The notes under the pieces: generated by a model
What the model saw: only the letters and a program-made list of their open reading frames with translations
Told to the model about the DNA's origin: nothing
Database searches by the model: none
Position numbers and translations under genes: made by a program
IMG/VR virus record: IMGVR_UViG_3300045988_066341
DNA: 64,000 bases
Strand: one strand, 5' to 3'
From: a virus
In this document: positions 8,695 through 18,200 of the stretch, one piece after another
How positions within the stretch are numbered: the stretch's first letter is position 1
Layout: each line of letters opens with the position of its first letter

Positions 8695-11001
8695 TTAATT
8701 TCGAGTTCTACTCATACCTTTTATGTTAAGACTTAACCCCGGTATCATATTAAGCACCAGCTGCCTTTTTGCCTGTTCTCTACGCATACGCTCAGCTTCC
8801 GCTACCTGTGCCTCTGATTGGGGATCGTTCTTGATGTTGTTAGCGATATCCTCTATAGCTTTCTTGTTGGCGCCTGATTGAGCTAGCATCTTATATAACA
8901 GGTCTTGACCTTCCTTCTCCCACCAGCTATCCACGGCAGGATGGGAAGCCAAAGAAGGGCCGGCGGGGGCTACCGTCTCAGGCACGGGCTGATGACCTCC
9001 GTCTCCCGTACCAGAATCCCGCTGCCCGAACTCGTATCTCATTGGCTCGTTCTCCGGGACACCGTATCTGTTGGAGAACATATCGGCGAACTCAAACCGC
9101 TTCTCGTTTCTTAATGTCGATCCAAGGGGTCTTCCGTATCCTTGATTCCATGCTACGGTAGCGTCCTTATAATTCGTGGCGTTATCAAAATCAGCTTTCG
9201 AATACATATAGTAATTATATATATTGCCTTGAGCGTCCTTATCAAAGAACTTGCCTTGGTTCATGTAGTTCCAACCTAGCCCCGGTACACGACCTTGATA
9301 CTCATCCACAAGATAATCCAGTTGTTGGGTCAATGTCGGTTTCTTACCATACCTGCGCTGTAGCTCCTTCTTCCTCGGTCCAAGCCATTGTTGGATGCCA
9401 AAATCACCGGCGGCTCCTAGGGCTTCGGTGTCCCCTCCGGACTCGGCGGCGATGTTCGACAGGATACCGATAGCTTGCGTTTGTGGTATTCCCTTCTTGT
9501 CGGTCAGATAATCCCATATCTCGTCATATACAGCCATCTTACTATCCTCTGATCTACGAGGATCAATTACATACTTGCCAGAACCATAAGCCCTCCCTGT
9601 ATTTACCGAACCTCCTCTATCCTTTTTATCAATACTACCATCTATCTTAAATACATCCCCATTCAAAAGAAACTGGACAGCGGGATTGAAATCATATACA
9701 TCCCTATATCTGTATCCGCCCATATCCTTGTCACGATATATCGTATAATCACCAAGTACACTATGAGGACCCGTCTCGTTCTTATCAAGTCTACGATCCC
9801 TATAATTATACTCATTCACGACACCATACCCCTTATCATAAAGAGACCTCAACCCTTTTATATTCATCTCGTCCGCTGATATGGCACCCTCTCTTACCCT
9901 TTTCAGATCCTTATATTCCCTCTGAATCCTCTCATACTCCTCTGGATCGGCATCACTTAAAGCTTTTATAAGTCCTTCATTGTATTCCTTAGTTTCCTTA
10001 TCAAACAGACTCCTATTCACATCAATCCTATTCCTTACGATAGACGAATCAGGTATCATCCTATTAGATAATTCCTTTCGTATACTATACGTACCATCAC
10101 CATTATCTATCAATACAGACTCATCGTAAGGGAGTTTATTATATTTAGCCCAAGCCTCATCACTAGTTCTTGTGCCTAAATCATCATTATCACTATCGCT
10201 ATATAACTTGTTATTAAAATCACCAGATATATATTTCCCGAACATCTTCATAAAATGAACAGGATACTCATACCATTCCGGATTCTTCCCCATAGGATCT
10301 ATTGATGAATACGCAGCTTTATTTATGCGAGTAGGGCCATCAGTATACCTTGAATTAGCGATATCATATATTATTGACAAAACCGGGTGAGCAGAAGCTA
10401 CGTAATTATCCAATACCCTGCTCCCGAATCTAGGTCTATCAAGAACAGACTCTCTTGTTTCTCCTCCATCTTGCTTCCTCTCAATTTTTTCTCCCCATAG
10501 CCCATATTTCTTCCTAGGCCATATGCCGTCTATGGCATCCACATAACCAACGGGATGCTCCCCTTCCAGACGCCGGTCCCGTCGCTCGTCCGCTGGGTAC
10601 AGGGCGTTGGCCAACGGCTGCGTGATATGACCCAACCCCTTATCCTTGGAACTCGACATAGCATCCACCACAGTCCGATATACAGGTCTTAATTTCTCAG
10701 GTAAATATAGCCCCGCCTCATCAACCAACTCACCGATCTTCTTATTTATACCCCTGATACTGAAATTATAATTACCCATGCCATTATTCAACGGGGACAA
10801 CGCACCTCTTATCCCATTCATGCCTTTAACTGCGGCTCCTCCGCTAAGGATATCAAACTCCGGGGACACGTTTCTCAAAGGACTATCATCCATACCCCTG
10901 AAATACATAGGACGCTCGCCTCTTACGACACGATCAAGATCCTCCTTATATAAATCCTTTATCCATGAAGGAATTTCCTCTGGTTTATCTTTCTTAGCCA
11001 T
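8695..11001 (-). CDS. virion-associated peptidoglycan hydrolase (phage tail lysozyme-type domain), 768 aa
   Basis: The segment GIPQTQAIGILSNIAAESGGDTEALGAAGDFGIQQWLGPRKKELQRRYG matches the GNxxxES...G-x-x-QW...R signature I know from phage tail lysozyme domains. A TATCTTTG box lies 16 nt upstream. Confidence 0.6.
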   Translation of the reverse strand: MAKKDKPEEIPSWIKDLYKEDLDRVVRGERPMYFRGMDDSPLRNVSPEFDILSGGAAVKGMNGIRGALSPLNNGMGNYNFSIRGINKKIGELVDEAGLYLPEKLRPVYRTVVDAMSSSKDKGLGHITQPLANALYPADERRDRRLEGEHPVGYVDAIDGIWPRKKYGLWGEKIERKQDGGETRESVLDRPRFGSRVLDNYVASAHPVLSIIYDIANSRYTDGPTRINKAAYSSIDPMGKNPEWYEYPVHFMKMFGKYISGDFNNKLYSDSDNDDLGTRTSDEAWAKYNKLPYDESVLIDNGDGTYSIRKELSNRMIPDSSIVRNRIDVNRSLFDKETKEYNEGLIKALSDADPEEYERIQREYKDLKRVREGAISADEMNIKGLRSLYDKGYGVVNEYNYRDRRLDKNETGPHSVLGDYTIYRDKDMGGYRYRDVYDFNPAVQFLLNGDVFKIDGSIDKKDRGGSVNTGRAYGSGKYVIDPRRSEDSKMAVYDEIWDYLTDKKGIPQTQAIGILSNIAAESGGDTEALGAAGDFGIQQWLGPRKKELQRRYGKKPTLTQQLDYLVDEYQGRVPGLGWNYMNQGKFFDKDAQGNIYNYYMYSKADFDNATNYKDATVAWNQGYGRPLGSTLRNEKRFEFADMFSNRYGVPENEPMRYEFGQRDSGTGDGGHQPVPETVAPAGPSLASHPAVDSWWEKEGQDLLYKMLAQSGANKKAIEDIANNIKNDPQSEAQVAEAERMRREQAKRQLVLNMIPGLSLNIKGMSRTRN

Positions 11002-11016
11002 AAATCATGTTTTTCA

Positions 11017-11024
11017 CAAAGATA
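11017..11024 (-). promoter_or_regulatory. -7 promoter box (TATCTTTG)
   Basis: TAnnTTTG on the minus strand, 16 nt upstream of ATG 11001. Confidence 0.5.
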
Positions 11025-11092
11025 GGAATAATAGCATGTAGATTAAAACAGTAAGCGGATACATGATTCATATCATCTACCCGCCTACATCC

Positions 11093-11269
11093 TCAATGCA
11101 TATGATAAGCCGCTAAGGCTTTCTTAGCCGAATCCCTCGACTTGTACTTGGCCGGCCATAATTTACCGGTCTTGTTGCTAACCACTCGCCAATTACTCCC
11201 TACTTTCTTAATGCATCCTGACTTCGGGCATTCGCCCTTCTTCTTACCGCTAGCTTTTCCTGTTGCCAT
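11093..11269 (-). CDS. small basic protein, 58 aa
   Basis: Translated by hand and below the ORF-track cutoff: MATGKASGKKKGECPKSGCIKKVGSNWRVVSNKTGKLWPAKYKSRDSAKKALAAYHMH, ending in a TGA stop. It fills an otherwise empty 280-nt gap. Confidence 0.4.
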   Translation of the reverse strand: MATGKASGKKKGECPKSGCIKKVGSNWRVVSNKTGKLWPAKYKSRDSAKKALAAYHMH

Positions 11270-11281
11270 AACATCAAATAT

Positions 11282-12232
11282 TTAAATTACAATAGTACTT
11301 ACCTCATAAGTATCATAATTAATTTTTATCTTACTCATTTTTGAAGAATTCGGATCAAAAAATACCAAATAAGCGGCATCATAAATATAACTTGCTATGA
11401 TATATGAATTAAAAGCCGCCGTAAAACCGGAGCCAGATATCACTCGTGAAAGATACATATGATAATTATTTAGAATATAACTTTTTATATCATCATATTT
11501 TGATTTGGTTATAGATGATACTATATCAATAGTGCCAGGTTCTAATAGATAACTTGATATGTCTATACCTCTTATATCATGATATAACCCATTATCCATC
11601 AATGCTTTATTCCCAGTCCCTTTCAACTTAAGATGAAGCTGATTATCAAAATTTATATTATCTTCTGTATTCCCAAAAGACCTTACAATAACTATCTCAG
11701 TGTTATCTGATGATGCTATATTTAAAGAAGAATTAATATATTCAACATTCAAATTAGGGTAAACAGATATAGATATATCTGAAAATCCCATATTAAGGGA
11801 ATTATTTGAAGCGCTGATATAAATAGTGATACAATCATTCCTTTGATCATTAAAAACCATCAAATCATTAATATTCACGCCACCTAACGCTTCTACAAAA
11901 GAATTGTTAGGTCTTATCATCCTGACATTGGACGTAGAACTACCATCAAACAACGACTTTATAGTATTATATTGAGATTGAGGCAAAGTAGTAGATTGAT
12001 CTCCTACAAGCTGTAAGATGATAGCTAAAAAAGCATCCTCATCATCACTTTTAGCTACTGCGTCCTTTCACGTACCATCACCACAAAGGAACCTACCCTC
12101 ATCCCCCTTAGCAGGAGCCGGCACCAATCCCGCAGCGCCAGCCCCGGACGCCGTGGCGCCAACCATATCCTTGACCTTATCAAGTCTACTGTCTATTTGA
12201 TTACCATCGTACTTACCAATAAAATCCTCCAT
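11282..12232 (-). CDS. tail-fibre-like protein interrupted by one in-frame TGA (12068..12070) at a conserved Trp position
   Basis: ATG 12232 gives ...GAAGLVPAPAKGDEGRFLCGDGT, then TGA. The same frame then continues directly into ORF 11282..11986, whose listed start is only a TTG. Confidence 0.55.
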
Positions 12233-12267
12233 ATCGTTTTAATATACAAGGGAGAGGCGGCAAAATA

Positions 12268-12276
12268 CCCCCCCCC
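12268..12276. repeat. C9 (G9 on the coding strand) homopolymer tract
   Basis: Nine consecutive C in the 58-nt gap between the giant gene stop (12291) and ATG 12232. It abuts the -7-like element TATTTTG. Confidence 0.9.
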
Positions 12277-12290
12277 TATATGTTAATAAA

Positions 12291-15200
12291 TCAATAAACT
12301 TTCTCCTCATTGCTAAACCAACGAACTATCATCTTGAACCGACTCTCAATGTCATTCACGAACCTAGCCAAGAACCAATCGCCACGAAGACGATCACGCC
12401 ACCTCCGGTGATAATCGACGGCCCTAGGGTCGATCTTCCGGTCAATATCATTCACGTCCTTGATCCATACCGGGAGGTTATTAGTATCGTCTTTGACCTC
12501 GTTAAAATAGTCATTTATATTTATCTTCTGATCAACCTCCGTCACCAGTATCTCACGGCTATCGTCATTGGTTACAGGATACCTTAACCGCTGGCTCATA
12601 TCGTTCTTGTCGGCGATAACCATCCGAAGTTCACCGCTGTTGTTCGTATCATTATAAAACCATGCCTTATTGAATCCAGTAGTCCTAAGAATTTGGTAAT
12701 TAACCTCATCCTGATATCTTCTGGCATCCATCCGATATTGGTAGTTGGTGAGGATCTTATTCACGTACTGCTCACGTACCGGAACCTCTATAACAAACGG
12801 ATATAGCTTACCATAAAATACTTGATACGATTGGTTGGTCAATCCATGAGACCATAACCCTATCTCCTGACTTTCACTTGAGTAGTTCTTTCCAGACTGG
12901 AAATAATGCTGGTGCTCGATATAATAATCAGGGGTGTAGGATAAATATGATTTCCACTCACCCTTCAGGCAGTTATATCCAACGGTGAACGAGACGTCCG
13001 TGAAATGGCTGGCGTCCTGTAGCTCCACCGCCTGCCCGTTCCTGTAGAACCGGCCGCCACGGAATTGGTACTCGCTCGGATTCCCTACCGGTATATAATC
13101 TTTCTTGGTTATCAGAACCCTCTTAAACCTATTATCCCAACCCATGGACAACCCTATACCAAAAAACTTGTTATCAATATCATAATAAGACAACTCAGCG
13201 TCCGTATCAGCGTTATATATCCGGCTACGGATGATCTTCATCTGAAGATGCTCATTAAACCAGTTTCTAAGCCCCGGTGTGACCTCCGTAAGATTCCTAC
13301 CATTAGAATCTACCTTAAACACCTGACCACGCCTTAAATCGACCCAAAAATGCCCAAACTCGCAACTGATCATATCCCGGCTCTGGGTCCCGGAATATCC
13401 TAACGTCGTATTATTATACTCGATACCACGAGAGGCGAAAAGACCACCTGTCCCTAGCTCGCTACTCTCCGGGGATATTCTCTCCGCCAACACGTCTATG
13501 GCATTGTACAACCCTACCTGATTCTCAAAACGAGCCAGTATCTGATCCGACTCTATCCCTTTCATGCTTATAAGTTTCCCGAAAGATGTCTTGAACTCAT
13601 GGTAATCCATAGGCTTGTACGACAGCCAAGGATCGGTCATGCCGTTCTCCGACACGTCGGCGGTGCTCCATATGACGCCGTTGGGTCTTTGGTAAGCGCA
13701 GTCCCAAAAATTGCTATCATACGTCTCTGGTAATGACCTGCCACCTAACGTAAATCGATTCTTATACACAGGACTTATCTTAAACACATTATCCCTTGAT
13801 ATAGGGACATTACGCTCCTGAGTCCATGATATATAATCCCCCACCTCCGGATAGAACCCCTCGTAAGGCTCAGGTCCGGCTATACGGAAATTGCAATTGA
13901 TCTCAGACTCCACAAGAAACTGAGGTATGCCATAGAAGTATAGGAAGAAACGACCGCTAAGATACATATCTCCGGTCTTGCAAACCATCTCATAAGCGCT
14001 CTTCCGGCTAGGGAAAGAGTATAGCGATCCGGTATCCGTATCGGTCTTATTAAGATAATCCTCCCCGGTGTCGTAATTAACAAAATAACGGGGATACCCG
14101 ATGTTCCGATAATCATAATAAGGGAATGGTATCATGTCCCCCTGACCAAACTGAGTCAAGTAAAACATAGGCATCTTCCTCTTAAGTGAGAATCTTGATA
14201 TAAATACATCACCTCCAAAAACAGGTTTACGCTTATCCTTATCCATCAACCCGCAACCACCTAACGATACCCACCTGATATCCTCTATCTGTCCGTATTG
14301 AGCCGGAGAATATTTCTTTATCCTCATATAGGGGCAGGATACGAAAGATTCACGTGTCATAAAATGAGGCGTCATACCAGCCACCTCATCGTTACGAATA
14401 TTACACTCATCCTGAATACGGCTGGTATCGTAACTTGAAACCAACTCCGGATATTCAAGCATATATTTATCCATACCAAATGACATGAATAACGAGTGCT
14501 CACGATCGAGGTTGTTTATGATAATAGGCTTACCGCCTACGGTCTCCCCTTGCGAAGAGATATCTGTTACCGGATATAACCCGCTCTTGATATATTTAGC
14601 CGTTGACAATCCACGTAACTCTGACTCCCCTATTTTTTGGTAAAATAAATTATAATGAGCGACAGAAGTATAATAATAAGCATAGTTCCGTCTAGGTCCC
14701 CTATCTATCAATGCCGTTAACCACTGATACCTGTACTTGCCTATATCCACCACGGACTGGGCTGTGGCCTTGGCGATACCCGTAGCCAGACGGATAGCCG
14801 TCAGCGCTATGCCGACAGGGTTGGCTAAAAAGAACACGCCTCCACCGACATATTGCTGTGAAGCCGACTGATATGTATACTCAGCTATAGCGGATATTAA
14901 ATTAGCCATAGCCTCCACCGTAGCCAATGATGTTGCCATACTGTAAGCCTTACTCCCTAATATCGTCCATTTAGGGTGATCCTCCACTTCCCTGAATATA
15001 CCGGAGGATTTACCTAATTGATAACCATCAACAAGGCACTCGGTGGGAGCGTCAGGCTTGTTAAAGGCAATATCAGGGCTTAAGAATGAATACCAGATAT
15101 TACCCCTCCTGTTAAACGGATGCGTTATAAATTTCTCACGATTAATATCCTTATAGATATACATATCATCAGACAAATCGTTGTAAGGGTAATTAGGATA

Positions 15201-18200
15201 AAGGTTAGCCGATCCGTCGGGATCATCGTACTTAAACATATCATAAGCCAGACCAGTTCCGATAACGCTCTTATCCAACGTCCTATCGCCCCTATACAAC
15301 TCATATCCTATTATAGAATCTCTTCTAACCTTATCTATAAGACCGTTCTCTACCGCTATATCCAGAAACTCATTAACGATATCGTCATCAAGCATCACCC
15401 CCATAGGATAAATATAGGAGTCAACTCCATATTGACCGGTCAGTTGAGACGGATTACCCATAAAAGGAGCGACAGAGTTATCCGGGAACTTGTAATGACG
15501 TATAGGTCTCTGACAAAACGTGGTTGACGTATTTGGGTACTCAGCGTTACCCCCATTACCGGTGAAATAAGACTTACCCCCAACTGATTTAGGAGACCCA
15601 TAGTATTTCATCAAAGAATCTATTATGTCCTTCCTCTTTGATCCTCCCGATGATATCCCGATCTTACTTGAATCATACAACTCAAAATTAGCCGGATACT
15701 TATTGGTAGACTCCCAATATCCGAAATCACCGTACTGATATGGTCTGGGAGCGCAGTCAGCGGGTTTATCCCCACATGAGATACATTTCGCCTCATAGGT
15801 AACGAATCTCCTTAATTTCAATTCTTTTGTGAAGAAGAATACGTATTTCACCTCCAGTGGCCGAATGCCAAAACAGAACGGGGCAGGGAAGATGGCGGTG
15901 CCGGCCGTATAGAATCCGGCAAGCTCCTTCATGTCCTGCCTCATGGCGAAACCGGTGAAGAACACGCATACCGCAGGCTCGATGCAAACATATATCTTAT
16001 GGAAAGTAGTCTTGTCATCATTCCAGAACAAGTACTTTGGCATCATAAATATCTTATGATCCACGTAATTCACTATAACACCTTTCTTGGCATCATTAGC
16101 CAAAGGATTAGGAGCCACGGTACCTTCCTTGTCCGAGAAAAACGTTATACGAACCTTATTGTATGATGACGAGTCGCCGATCGGATAATTATAGTTACCC
16201 ATCATCTCTATATACATAATACCGTTATCAGGATCGGATAAACCACTTATGTATTTCTCGTAATCCAACTCCACCCATCTGGCGTATGAGGATACATGTG
16301 GATAGAACTTGAAATAAGTCAAGTTGCTTCTACCGAACCAATTGGTCTTGGCGTCAATATCATTCTGCATAGACACACGACCTTCCCAGTCAGTAGTTAT
16401 ACCGGTATTAAACTTAGAATTATCACCATCGCCAAAAAGACACATGGCGTTCTCGATACCAAACTGACTCTCATATTGGGGGAAATAAGCCTCCATCGTA
16501 TCCATTAACTGATCAAGCATCGTCTCCGTATGCTTCTTTCCTTCCCATCCGGGATATTGATACAAATATGTGCACTTACCCAATGACCTACCCCCTTGGA
16601 ATGTAGGAAGTTGAACATCGTTAATAGTAGGATTCACGTGAGGATCACCTACCGAACACCCATTAGTACATATACCCTCATCATATAACTGCCGGACATT
16701 AGACATATCCTGACACAAGACCAAGGCGGAGGAGTCTATATCAGACGGGAATTTATCCTCATCCTGACCATCCAACCATTCCTGAACCAGATCTATGATA
16801 TTCTTACCTCCACTGGAGTAATTATCGAAATCACACAATACAGAAAACTTCCTTTGAGACTCGGCGTTACTTTGTATTAATGTCGTAGGTTCGGTCTCCA
16901 CGTAATCACTAGCCAGCTTATACGTAAAATCAATCCTAGAATCTACCAAAGAGTTTTTATCCAATATAGTCCTGGTCTCTATTCTCTCGATATTATCACA
17001 TCCACTAGGGAAATCAGGAGCCTTTATACCATCTTGATCTTCCGGCAACGATATAGCCGCACATAACTCATCAGTAATGCCTACATTGGATTCTATAAGA
17101 TCACACAGATTCTCTATATTGTCAGCGATATAATCAATAACATCATCTACCGTAACATCTTCCCCCATCGTGTTGATAACGAATTGGGTCTCTCCTACCG
17201 TGGCATATTCCTGCTCTACATACCTGAGTTGCTTGACATCTAGCTGATTCTTGCATTCTCCTCCAAAATCATCAAATCCCCAAGACGGATCGTTTATAAT
17301 CTTTGCCGTATTCTTAAACTGCCAAAGATGACGGCGGCTGTTCCCGGCGCACTGCGGGTTGTTCTCCAGCACCGAAGCAGCCGACAGGTCGTCAGAGTTA
17401 CCGTCCTCATCAACGATAACCTCCATCTCCTCCCTTGTGGCCGGACGAGGGATAAGCGGGAATCTAGCCGTCCTGTATCCTGTATTGGTAAAGAATCTTA
17501 TACCCAACGGATATACCTCGTCACGCATGAAAGAGGCGTATTTAGAGCAAGCCACACCGTCTTTATACAAATTCTCCGTGGCTATAGATGTCTGCCATTT
17601 AACGAAATGACCCAAGAAGTTAACGACCGGTTGAAGATTCCATTCGTTCTCCACGGTCAAGCCGTATTGAAGAAGACGATTCCCGACAGACGTCATGCCT
17701 CTGGCTGTCTTATATACCGGTATTTCCTTGGATAACTTCTCCATGGTCGTACGCTCGCTATACTGATCCGTAAGGTAATAGATGGTCCTTTCCGTTATCG
17801 GATGTATACCTTCTATGAAATACTCAAGAACCGGGCTTTGCTCACCATTAAACCCAACCGTGTTCTGTATAACACCTATCTTATAATGAGATACCTGCTT
17901 GTCTATATTGGATACAGTAAGGCGGATACCCATATTGGTTGACTTACCCCATAAACCATCACGGATAACCATATCTTGGCGATCGAATAACATGATTGGG
18001 TTGGTCAATGAGCAATATCCGGTCTTCTCTATCCCGAACTCATCGCACAACGCCACGCAGAACTGGTAGGTCCCGGCACGCAAGCTCCCCCCGAACTCCA
18101 CGACCTCGGGCTCCACGCACGGGACCGTCAGCAACGGGAACACCAGCAGCTTCTCGCAGGCCAGCCTACACCTCTCTATTGGCTTGTCATCCCCACATGT

